DNA of 64,000 nucleotides from Leptogorgia sarmentosa (Eukaryota): NCBI GenBank assembly GCA_964658305.1, contig OZ210885.1, positions 434,001 to 498,000 of the forward strand, read 5' to 3'. Shown piece by piece: positions 52,838 to 64,000 of this stretch (position 1 is its first letter; each line of letters starts with the position of its first letter). The notes under the pieces were generated by a model. It saw only the letters and a program-made list of their open reading frames with translations, ran no database searches and was not told where the DNA came from. The position numbers and the translations under genes were made by a program.

Positions 52838-53890
52838 TGATTATAGCAAAAAAGATGGCGGCATGTACACTTTACCAGGATGTATTGCGGCCAAAATCGG
52901 TTACAAATTACAAAAGCAGATTAATGTCTTTTGAAGAAAATACAGAAGACATTAAGTTCAGGGACCGCGGAACTGGGGGGACCAGGGGTGCCATGCCCCC
53001 CCCCACTTTTTGGCACATGAAGTTCAGTGAAAGTTCAGCGCAGCTGATAATCGCGCAACGGAGAGTAGTTCGACGTAGATGTCCGCAACTGTGATGAACA
53101 GAATCGGATATACCCGATTTCCTCGCTTTATTCATTACTGCGGAGCCAACTTATTGAACGTAGTTGGATATGTACAATTTACGCTCTTGTGCAATACATT
53201 AGCGCACAGATTTTCAGATGACAATTTATCGTGAATACTTAGTGACTGAACACTGAAACGATTTAAATTTGCTTTATTTGGAGAACTCAATCTACATGCC
53301 ACTTCGAACCTTTCCTGGCATGAGTTTTATATTGGTTGGGACATAGGCGTAGTGTGTGGGAGGTGCGACACCCCCCAATTTTTGGTCGATCTGTCGGTAG
53401 AATATATAATCTGTCAGTTGGACATGTCGGTAAACTATTATCATCATCCGTAAAACTCGCTAACTCGGTCTAAAAAAGGTAGAGTTAAGACTCTGAAATG
53501 GTTGTTTCCGGGGATCTAGAGGGTCCCATTGTTCAAATTTTTTTCAATCGGCGCCAACCAGGTGGCGCCTCGTGCGAATCGACTCCCCTAATGTTGAGAA
53601 TGATACCCGTCGGTAAAACAAAAATATATTACAGCCTCCCACTGAAACGAGTCGCGCCACTGCACTGGTTTGGGTGACGAGAGGAGACATGTTAAGAATT
53701 AATTTCCGGAAAGGATATCCCCACATTTAAATCCGCTCCGCGGTCCTTGAAGTTATTTTCTCACTGGTGTTAAAATTTCCACTCATTAGCTATGCTTCTT
53801 GTAATATTTTTCAGCTCTATGTATTTGATTGACACCCACAATGCATTCCGGTAAAATGTACATGCCGCCATCTTTTTTGTTTAGTCATGA
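52838..53890. mobile_element. Nested MITE cluster
   Basis: Outer IR aaaaaagatggcggcatgtaca / tgtacatgccgccatctttttt. Inner IR ggaccgcgga / tccgcggtcc at 52961-53747. Innermost is a copy of the 20500/28643 repeat. Confidence 0.65.
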
Positions 53891-54403
53891 ATTATAATCC
53901 GAATATATATATATATATATTTACAGCCTTAAGCAGGCAAAATTGTATAATACTGTAGATAACATGTGCTTCAAAAATGTTATCATTGATGAATCAGTAC
54001 TCTGCAAACAGTAGCAGAATATTAGTCTTTTCACAAAGACCGGCTCCCTTGTAAAATTATTTTCAAATGACACCAGTCCAACACAGACAAATGTATATGT
54101 ACACGCAGGGGTTGAAAAAAAACTTTTCTCTTTCTGGGAATCTGGGACGAAGGCTCGAAATTTTCTGTGAAATGTGCAATGCTTATACAAGTACAAAAAT
54201 GACAAAAAACAAATGCATAATTATTGTCAATGTTCCTGATGTTAGTGTGTACAATGTAAAATGTAAATAAATTAGTAGAAAACTAGAAATTGAGAAACAG
54301 TAATTTTAAATTGAGTAAACAGAATCATCTTAAAATGTTAAAATATTTTCTAGAAATCTTCCTGCATATATCTCTGGCCATTTCTTATTTTTACCACATG
54401 TAG

Positions 54404-57400
54404 ATGGATGTAAACACACAAAAAATTCCAGACACGAAAGAATTTGAACGCTGTCAAGAATACTGTGAGGGCAATATCGCGATGTTTTATTGCCCTCAGT
54501 GTTTAACGAACTACTGCGCGGATTGCTACGAGAAAGAACACAAATTAAAACGCAGAAAAGAAAATCATGAAAAGATTTCCACACCTCGTAAAGTATGTCG
54601 AGAACACCATTTAACACTTGAATACCAAAACAAATCACGATACATGTGTTGTATGTGTGTTAAAGAACTTCCTCCAGGAGAACTGGCTAGAAATATTATT
54701 GAACCAATAGATGGTATTGCCACAGTTCTGAAGGAGAAGCTAGAGGACAGAATCAGAGAATTGGAATTAGTTTCACAAGCAATCCACAAGAGGATTGAAA
54801 CAAGTAACGAAAGCATTAGTTCTGCAGTAGAATGCGCAAGGTCAGAAGTGCGAAGGTTTTTTACTGCCCTTAACTTGCTTTTGAATAAACAAGAGGAATC
54901 GTTTCAGCATCAGCTTACGTCATTATTACATACAACATCATCGAAACCTATTTTTAATGATATGAAAGAAACGTTGGAAGCTGTTGAAGAGCTGGTCAGA
55001 AAAGGTCAGTAAAAGTTACCAAATAAAATAAAATGCGTTTTAATTTAAAAGTAAAACATATAGAAGGCGAAAGTTAAGTGAGTAATCTTCCACTCATTCC
55101 ATTTTTACTCCTTAAAGAAAAACGGGAGAATGTGCATGTGAAGGTGTAATGAAGACACATACAATGTTTTTGCTTCTGATGTTTTGTTCATCAGGTTTTA
55201 CTGTCGTTTTTTTTAAATATATACAGTACAACACTTTTCCAAATCCGAAAAGATTTTTCCGTTAAAATTGGTGTGTAGTGTAATTTGCGCGAAGCATTCT
55301 AACAACATACAGTGTACTAAACAACAAAATAAGCGTGTTAGCATGTTTCATTGTACTTGGCTGTGATATTTTTTAGGTAAAGCATTATTATGTGAAGACA
55401 ATCTGGTTGTTGCAAAAAAATTTGACCATGTTTCAAAAATAATTGATGCATTACTTGACAATGAAAAAATCAAGAAATTTCCATTGCCTACATTGAATGT
55501 GTCCATCAATGTCCACCGACATCTTCTTGAAATGGTTAGACATCCCGGATATATTTCAACAACGTTTGATGAATGTAAAGGTATGTTCTTGCTATTGTTA
55601 ATCGTTTCTTTGATTAGTACCACAAAGATAGCAAGCATATATCATTTCACGGTTCCTTCTTCACGATTCCTTCTGGGCCGGTTTAAAATTAAGTTGCCCT
55701 TATGATTTGTGATTTCTGAAGCAATTACAGAAATTTAAGTTTTTATTGCAAAAAGTCTGCATTTTTACAATAACATGATTATTTGGCGAAACAGTTCGTG
55801 GTGAAAATGTAGTAGTAAGCTTTGTGCAGCAAATTTTTGTTCACATGAACCGATTTAACCAATTGAAAGTAGTTTAACCGGGGAAAGTTTACATGCATAG
55901 TATGTATTTTTTCAAGGTTCAGGAAATGTTTTGTATAAAAATCACCAAAAAGCGAACAAACGTGAAGAGGATTTAGAGAAGAGTTTCGACACAGTGGAAA
56001 GTAAAGATGGTCGAGAAACATTTCCCACTCCACCACAAGTTACAATATGTTCACCACCAATAAGTGTTGCAGAAGATGATGAAGATGATTCATATTCACT
56101 CATGCCTCAATTTTCCCAAAACTCCACTCCATTGTTTTGCAGCCCTGAAGAGGTACCGTATAGAGTATGTCAACTTAGTTTACCATCACCAGTTGCTTCG
56201 GTTAAGTTTTTACCACTCGTGATGTTTATGAAAGCTACGTCACATATTTCCTCTCTACACTAAAATACTCTGGGAAAGAATTTAACTGCAGCAGTTTGGG
56301 ATTTTTTCCTAAGGACTCGACATTACGACCGCTCGCTGTGAATAATGTGAATGACCAAGACATGAATGATGAGAACACTCGAAGCTCGCTGTGTTCGTGT
56401 AACTCTGAAGAATCATCTAATTCAAATGAAAAACAAGAACAAACAAATGACACTAATAGTGAACACCAGAAATCAGAACGAAAGCACGGTACGTCAATTT
56501 CAATTACAGCAAATTTTCATTGAAATTCGAAAAAAAACAGACAAGAAAACTGTTAAGCTTAACTATGATGCAACATCTTTTGAAGAAAAACATTTCATTT
56601 TTTTTTCGTTATTGAAGGTAATTAACATTAACCCTAACCTTAACAATGTTTTCGATGGGCAGTTTGTGCTGGATTAAGCACGGTGATAATCTCTGTGGAA
56701 ATTCAACATCTGAACGCGAAGCATGAGTGCAAATGTGTAATGTGGTGTGAAAAATAATATCCGCCCACATATTATAATAAACTATTCTATATGTATAATG
56801 GTTGAAAATAAATTGTAATAGACATTTCGGATACTATTCTTGCCCACTTTTTTATTTTGATAAAGGTTTGATTGATGTAGCCTCTATTAGTTTCACTCAA
56901 TTTTAAATATATATAGAATTAGCTATTCATCATCAAACCCAATGCTTTTGATTTATGGAGAATTTAACAAAATGTTTCTTCCAATTCGTCGTCCTGTAAT
57001 GTTGGTTGAATGTTCGATGTTTCAGATTCGCTAGATATTTCTAAAGAAAATAAAGATATTAAGAGGAAACTTGGCGAAAAGAACTTCTTCCTACCTAGAA
57101 AATCAAGACGTACGGAGGCATCTAAGGAATTGAGTGTAAGTATCTCATGTCTTGCAGATTATAAACTATTCTTCTTTTCGTATCTTCTTATTGCCCACAT
57201 TTTTCCCACACCGGGTGTACATGGAAAAAGTGTTTATTTTTCTGTGTTGTTTAACTTGGAAGTGTCATAATAAGTCACTTTAGATTCGAAACGGCCTGTT
57301 TATTTCCTTATTAAATTTCTCGTCAATACAATTCTTTTAAATTAGAAGTTTCGGTAAGATAGAGAATTTTCCGTGTTTTCCATGATCACTACACATAGGA

Positions 57401-60049
57401 ACATGCTTCTTGACCAATTATCGCCCGCGTATCATAACTCTCTTAGTTATGAATTGATAAACGGATATTGTAAATTCTCATCTTGTTGACTCACACAGGT
57501 ACCTAAACAATGCAATGGATTTTTCAAAGTTGTGAAACTTTCTTGTGATGTTGAATTCCATGCTGCTATTTTTGTTCTACACATACCTTTACAGTCATGG
57601 TCCTTTTTCTCTCCTTCATTTACTTTCAGTTATGTGACAAGTTACTAACAGAACTCTGGGTCTCCGACGATTCATTTCCTTTTGCCAGACCTGTGGACCC
57701 TAAAAAGGTACATACTGTATCTTTTATATACTTTTTTAAAACACTAGTTTTTAAAAATTAATGTAAGTACATTTGCAGTACAATACATACAACGATAATT
57801 TAATACTTTTTAACAGTAGACATAAATTTTGTAAATTCCTGATGTAATTTAACCTATCGGTTACAAAATCCGATCTTAATAAATTAATTAATTAAAAAAG
57901 AGAAACTCGAAAAATCGACAACATAAATAATTTCAATAAATCATTATGTTGTCGATTTTCGGAGTTTCCCTTGTATTGTATTTTAATAAAATTCTCAGTG
58001 GTTCCCGTAATTGCATTTAAAGTACTTCACAAGTATCCTGAATGTTATGGTCCATATTTTGCAAGTTCATATTTTCTATGCGACTGGTACAAAAACATTG
58101 TGGGAAATTACAATTAAACATTTAATTAATATAAGAGTACAATTAAACATTTAATTAATATAAGATTACAGTTAAACATTTAATTAATTACAAATAAACA
58201 TTTAATTAAAATTACAATTAAACATTTAAACTTAAAACATCATGCAATACCCTACCTTGATATGAAAAAGTTTTGAAAAATGAATTTAAGGACAATGCTG
58301 GATACCATCTTTCCCTTATGGCTCAAGATTTTGAACTTCCTAGGTTTTTGCATTGTGTTACATTCATGATCCGGACATTCCTGTTGCGTCATATTATATA
58401 CATGATAATTATAAAGATTCATGAGAAACATTGAGGACTTTCATTTGTTGTATAGTGTCAGGAGCCCTTTGCATTTGGGCAACAACATACTTAGAATGAA
58501 ATTTATTTTGTATAGTTTTTTTTAAAACAATTTCCCACCAAATTATGATCATTTTCCTTTTAATTCAGGTCCCTGAATATTACGAAGTAATAAAGAATCC
58601 AATTGATTTGACGACAGTCAAAACGAAATTGCAAACTATCAACTATGATTCAGTGTACGATTTTGTTGTTGACATGAAATTGTTATTTGACAACTGTTAT
58701 CAATTTAACCCGGTAAGTAAGTGTTCAAATATGTCAGCCATGAGAGACAAATTTAAATTTCCATGTCTTGCTGCGATTTCTATATAGTGCGGTTTTTTCT
58801 TTCAATGTATGTGAAAAAGTAGATAAGTTAAGAATATATTCTTTACTTTCTCTCTGTGAGTGTATCCTCCCATGCACCCGTTCACAACTATCATCAGTGG
58901 AAACTCGTAGAAAAAATCCTATCAGGATGACTGAAATAAAGTTGAAGCATAGATTCAATAAAACTTTCTAAATTTAATTTAGAACTACTGTTCTTTTGTA
59001 TTTTATTAATGTAAAAAGTACGAGCAAATATTGGCTTAGCACCAAAGTTTATGTGGATAAAAAAATTTTTTTAAAATGGACAATTCCAATTAAAGACAAA
59101 CTTTTGACCTGAATGATGTTTTGAAAGAATCTTATAAAACTGTAGTAAGATTCCAGAATTCCTTTAATTAAAAAATGTTATAATGTGCAGAAGATATGGT
59201 CTTAGAACGTTTGCTAATTTCTTCATTATGTGTTATGTGTGAGAATTGCTACCACACTCTGGTGGGAAATTCCACACGCAACATATAATAATAATCAGAA
59301 AATTTCCAAATTTTGTCAGGCTATATCTTCGGCACGTTACAATATTTTCGAACCAAATTTTGGAATTTTACTACTTCCGAAGCCCCGAGGGGTTCTTTCC
59401 GGGAATTTCGTCCTTTTTCGTCTGGATATGTCTAGATCAAAAATTAGTCTATTGAGAATTGTCGATTATTTCAAAAGGTTTATGAGGGTAATACACAGCA
59501 AAAAATTTGTGCTCTCCAATTCAACAGGATTTCACAACGTTTTGCTGCCCACAATGTTCATAGTTGTCAACAATGCTGAACAATATTGTTGACAAGTATA
59601 AACAATATGAGCAGCAAAACATTCAATTCTTTTTTCATCATTATTGCAACAAGTTGTATATTTTTTGTTGTGTAGTTCGTATTTATGCCAAACCTAAACT
59701 CACTTTAGACATAGTAACAATCAAATGAAAAAATATAAAATTGTCAATAAAACTGCAATTAAAACTGGAATTTTCAAATTATTTTCACACGTTTTTGAAG
59801 AAAAATTGTTAAAAGATATAAATTGTTGTGTTGCTTTGACAGCAATCATACTTGATGTTCTATGCGGCATGCATGTATTGCTCGTTACTGACATGAATGT
59901 TGTATTTTTTTTAGCGCGATTCTTCAATATTTTTGAGCGGTGTAAAGCTAGAGAAACAATTTATGGCATTGATGCGAGTGAGTTTTCCCTCACTCGATTA
60001 TCAATCATCAATTCCTGAAAATAATGTGGACCAGGCCACGACCGCTTAA
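54404..60049 (+). CDS. B-box/coiled-coil/bromodomain protein (TRIM24/33/66 TIF1-like architecture), one frameshift
   Basis: Exons 54404-55004, 55377-55580, 55917-56488 (frameshift at ~56205-56215), 57026-57135, 57630-57707, 58569-58712, 59915-60049. B-boxes CQEYC..YCPQC..YCADC..H and CREH..CCMC. Bromodomain FPFARPVD..VPEYYEVIKNPIDL..FDNCYQFNP. Confidence 0.85.
58108..58230. repeat. AT-rich minisatellite
   Basis: Repeats of tacaattaaacatttaattaa. Confidence 0.7.
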
Positions 60050-60385
60050 CATGTGTGTACAAAGCTTTTAAATTATCCCGAATTTTCTACTTTTGTGGAA
60101 TTAAAATAAAATATTTGGCAATTATATTACACTTTGAAATGAAGGAGTGTGTTGTGCTTGGGTTCTCTGTGTCTATATTCATTGTGCTAGCTGCGAGATT
60201 GCTTGTCGACTGTTTAACATGTCAAATGTTGCTGCATCCTTTGGTTAACAGTCTATGGATGTGTCCACGGCGCACCATTTCCATGCTACCTTAGACCACC
60301 TTACAACAACTTTACCATGATTGAACCCACTTTAGACCACCTTACAACAACTTCACCATAATTGAAACAAATTTAAGGCCCACCC

Positions 60386-60587
60386 AGACCGGACGCGATT
60401 CGGTAACGCGACGCGATTTTACAGATTTCAGAAGCGATTATAATTTCTTCTGATTCAATATTTTCCCAAATTTCATAGCGACAGGACTTTTCAACTCATC
60501 AGGTTCACATGGCTTCCAAAATTTACTTTCTGGCACAGTTCTATGTACTTTCAAAAACGTAGCGTTACCGAATCGCGTTTGGTCTGT
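60386..60587. mobile_element. MITE-like element
   Basis: cagacc..acgcgattcggtaacgc ... gcgttaccgaatcgcgt..ggtctg. Confidence 0.6.
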
Positions 60588-60604
60588 CCTAATTGATACA
60601 TTTA

Positions 60605-60752
60605 CAGTACTGTGCAAAAGTTATAGGCACCTCGTGAAAAAGCATTTGACGCCATCTTATTGTAAACTTATTCTAAACTTATACGATAAGTTTACAATAA
60701 GATGGTGTCAAATGCTTTTTCACGAGGTGCCTATAACTTTTGCACAGTACTG
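60605..60752. mobile_element. Tc1-type MITE, near-perfect palindrome
   Basis: TA|cagtactgtgcaaaagttataggcacc ... ggtgcctataacttttgcacagtactg|TA with ~65-bp arms. Confidence 0.88.
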
Positions 60753-62170
60753 TATATCTATATTATTATGCGGACGCACAGAGCGCTCAAAACTACATTT
60801 TGTTCCTTGAAGTACGGCATAATCAAGCAGGCGGTCAAATTAGGAGGCCTAATAGGTATAGCGATCCCATGAAGAGATCACTCGCCAAGTCCTTGCAAGC
60901 AAGCGTTTATGTTTGATGATATGCATCAATGCATTACAAATGGAGGCACAATGTTTAATGCTACCCAGACTGCGGAAATGTAAACTATCCAAAAAAGTTG
61001 TTTAAAAAGAAAATAAAAAGAAACTTAACCGTATCATCTATAGGGCATCTATATTATCTTTTTTTTTATAAAATTTTGAAGATTTCATCAGAGGTTGTGT
61101 CATTGACAGACAACCCTCTACAATCCAGTCGTACTCTGTTAAAACGTCTTTCCTTTTGTATGATGTAAGATTTGCACGAGTCCTCAAAAACGCAATAAAA
61201 AGAAGAGATTGCACTGCGTTTGAAGTGAACCCACGATTTTTAATGATTGCAGAGATGTAAAGAAAGCTGTTAAAACAAAAAACATAAAAACAGAATTAGT
61301 CGTACATGAAAACCGAAGAATAAAAATTCTGTGGAATTGTATTTTCATGTTTGTTCTTACCTGTAAATAAAACTGGTGCTTCTTTCACACTAGCTAGTGC
61401 TTCGTATTTGTCAATGAACCAGCATTGTGATTTATTACATCGCTGAGTTAAGACTAACTGTGATAGAAACAATCCTGTGAACGAGCTTCCTAACAGATCC
61501 AAAGGCGAAAACATAAGGTAAGCAAATATAAAACAAAACAAACTCTGCATATTATCACCTAGTTAGGTGAAAGAAAGCTATGTAAAAACATTCATATTTG
61601 AAATTTAAATTACACATTAAAAATCCATTTATATGTCAACCAAATCTTTGTCATGCGTGGCTATGCTACTTTAGCCTTAGACCGATAATATAGCCGGATT
61701 TCAGGCTAAAATTTCTCTTAACATGTACAATTGAAGCACATACGGCTTCAAAACGAACCTTCCGTTGTATTTTTAGTGGGAAAATAACGCGTGTAACCGT
61801 TTCTTATTTCAAAATCGTCGTGAAAACGGTCACCTTCAGTTCAAGACCAGAAATTAATACGATATAATAGAATGTTATCTTTGAATTTTAATCTTGTTCC
61901 ATGCATTTCAAACTAATGGTCAATCTGTAAATAGTAAAAAACAAACTTAATTCGTCAATCACATGTCTAAACCTAAATTAAATCATTCTATATACAATTT
62001 TAACTTGGAATATTGGAGTGCGATGTTCGCATAGGTGGAAATTTCAAACGGAAATTTTTACGTTAATTTGTCATGAAAAAATGTAAAAAAAAAGATACGA
62101 AAATGACGTCACGAAAATCCTTTTCAATTATGATTTTGTAAATTTTAGCCATATCTTCCATTTTAGGAAA

Positions 62171-62929
62171 ATGGGGAAAGCTGCAATAGCGTTTCTTGTT
62201 TTAACGACCTCGTTTGTTGTGTTCCAAGTTGCCATTGCTGCCACCGTAGGTGAGGGTCCAAAAAAAATATTGACAGACCTGAAAAACACATTCAGAAATG
62301 CATACGGATCAGGCGGCGGGCAATATGCTGTCCTTTACATACACAAAGGTAACCCCATGGCTTCATCAGCAGCTCCAGTTTACGATGTCAGCAATGTTTG
62401 TGGTGCTCCACCGAGAAGTAATTTTATTCGAGAGACAATAAAAGATTGGATGAGCGGAAAAGGCAAAGACGTTTACAGTATTACAGCAGAAGACTCCCCT
62501 CTTTGGCCAAATTCGCTATTTGTTAAGCCCAATTTGGCCAGCTGTGAAAATGCCGACGCAGGTTTTACTTTGTATCCAAATGTTGCAACTGCAGGAAGGA
62601 GAAAAACCCAGAGACCGCCAAACCCATCAAATAAGTTCCACAGTGAATATTTGTTGAAGAATGCGTTCAGTCAAATGATGTTATCTTACACGTACAAAGA
62701 ACGTGAGTGTCCAGGTGCTGTTTTTCTGTACACGTTTCTTACACCTTGCGATTCTTGTAAAGATAGCGTTAAAAATATGGTCCATGATATCCGCATAAGC
62801 AAAGCTCAAGGAAAATATTGCACAAACACACCATTTTACCTTGGTTACACAAACGTCTACGAAAAATGGGACAAAATAGAACCTTTTTTAAAGAAAGCAG
62901 GCGCTACAATAATAGGGCCAATACAGTAA
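62171..62929 (+). CDS. Secreted AID/APOBEC-like zinc-dependent deaminase (SNAD-like)
   Basis: Uninterrupted 252-aa ORF. Signal peptide MGKAAIAFLVLTTSFVVFQVAIA. HSE at 62639-62647 and LYTFLTPCDSC with PCxxC at 62744-62758. QYAV strand near the N-terminus. Splice acceptor just 5' of the ATG and AATAAA at 63060. Confidence 0.82.
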   Translation: MGKAAIAFLVLTTSFVVFQVAIAATVGEGPKKILTDLKNTFRNAYGSGGGQYAVLYIHKGNPMASSAAPVYDVSNVCGAPPRSNFIRETIKDWMSGKGKDVYSITAEDSPLWPNSLFVKPNLASCENADAGFTLYPNVATAGRRKTQRPPNPSNKFHSEYLLKNAFSQMMLSYTYKERECPGAVFLYTFLTPCDSCKDSVKNMVHDIRISKAQGKYCTNTPFYLGYTNVYEKWDKIEPFLKKAGATIIGPIQ

Positions 62930-64000
62930 ACATTGCAATTAAAAATATTTAACAATGTATGCTTCCATCTTATCTTATTCACCCATTATCCAGTCATTTA
63001 TGTGGAATGTGATACATGTAGCAAAATGATCTAATTGTAATATTTAGTGTAAGTGATACAATAAAGGCATTTGTTTCAACAGTTTTACGATTGTTTTATG
63101 AATTTGGAGAAATATTTCAGAGATCATATTAAAATAGAGTATGTCATATTAAATATAATTATTCCGAATCTGCATTTAACGTGGTCCCGCGATCCGGTGG
63201 ACAGATCCAATTTAATTTACCTCAATTTTTGTTCATTAGCTAACATTTAAATGAAAATATATTTTTATTGATTAGAACGATGTGTCTCGTATCGAATTCT
63301 GTGACGCTTTTATCGTTTCAGCAATATCCATTTATTGTTTTAGTACTTTTTATATTGTTTATCCCCTAAAAAGTTATTCATATCGAATTTCTGCATGTGT
63401 GGGGGCGATTCAAATTCAAGGCCTTCATTAAGAATTTTCCACTGAAGGGCAATTTTCGAAAAGGCTCTGAGATAATGTAAAGGTCAAGAGTAGTAGCTAT
63501 GCATGGTTAGAAGGGACTGGTTAGGGAATGACAATGTTCAGACTGGTCTATGGCAGTATATTTGAACAATAATTAGTCATAACTTATACTGTTAGATACA
63601 AAGGCACATTTAAAGAGTTTATGAAGGATATAGGTTGCTTATGCGTTGAAAGGGCCCTGTTCAAGTTTTGATTTGTTAATTGATTCATTGAAATTAATTC
63701 TAATAAACTGATCAATAGCGTAACAAACCAGTGTATTGGTTCTATTGCTGTTCTATTGATTATGCACAAACTAAAGATTTGGAAAACAAAATTGATTTTT
63801 TCTACTATTTATTTGACGCTCGGACACATTCAGTGAATAAATACTACAGTGTTTGTCTGCTCTGCTTATACAAGACGTTTTTGTACTGAAAGAGTTCAGT
63901 TTATAAATACATCATGCATATGTTCAAGACAATGTTCTTTCTCTTTAAACTAATGTTCTTCAACAAATTAAAAATTGTATAAATTTTAAAAACCCAGTGC

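Noticed and set aside
52837..53135. ORFs as a first exon of the TRIM-like gene
   Set aside because: They lie within nested MITE inverted repeats and show no RING pattern.
62036..62111. NF-kB-like and CRE (tgacgtca) sites upstream of the deaminase
   Set aside because: The motifs are short, the kB matches are imperfect, they probably lie in an intron, and the TSS is unknown.

Overview
AT-rich, intron-containing animal genomic DNA. A cnidarian, probably an anthozoan, is inferred from gene content and is not proven. I rebuilt gene models by hand from GT-AG boundaries and exon phase. In order, the window holds: an intronless rhodopsin-like GPCR and its pseudogene paralog; a CTHRC1-domain gene; a charged coiled-coil gene with Trp-containing C-terminal repeats; a Bax-like Bcl-2 gene; three tandem Ig-superfamily receptor genes (one intact with two ITAM-like motifs, one with a stop in the TM exon, one disrupted); an intron-containing tyrosine-recombinase gene with C2H2 fingers and a Myb-like domain (Crypton-like, defective); UHMK1/KIS; a B-box/coiled-coil/bromodomain gene with one frameshift; and a gene with an uninterrupted ORF for a secreted AID/APOBEC-like (SNAD-type) Zn-deaminase. 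A ~520-bp near-identical direct repeat brackets the ~18-kb block holding the Ig genes and the recombinase. MITEs, a V-SINE, palindromic non-autonomous elements and minisatellites fill the rest. No searches were run, so family names rest on motif recognition.
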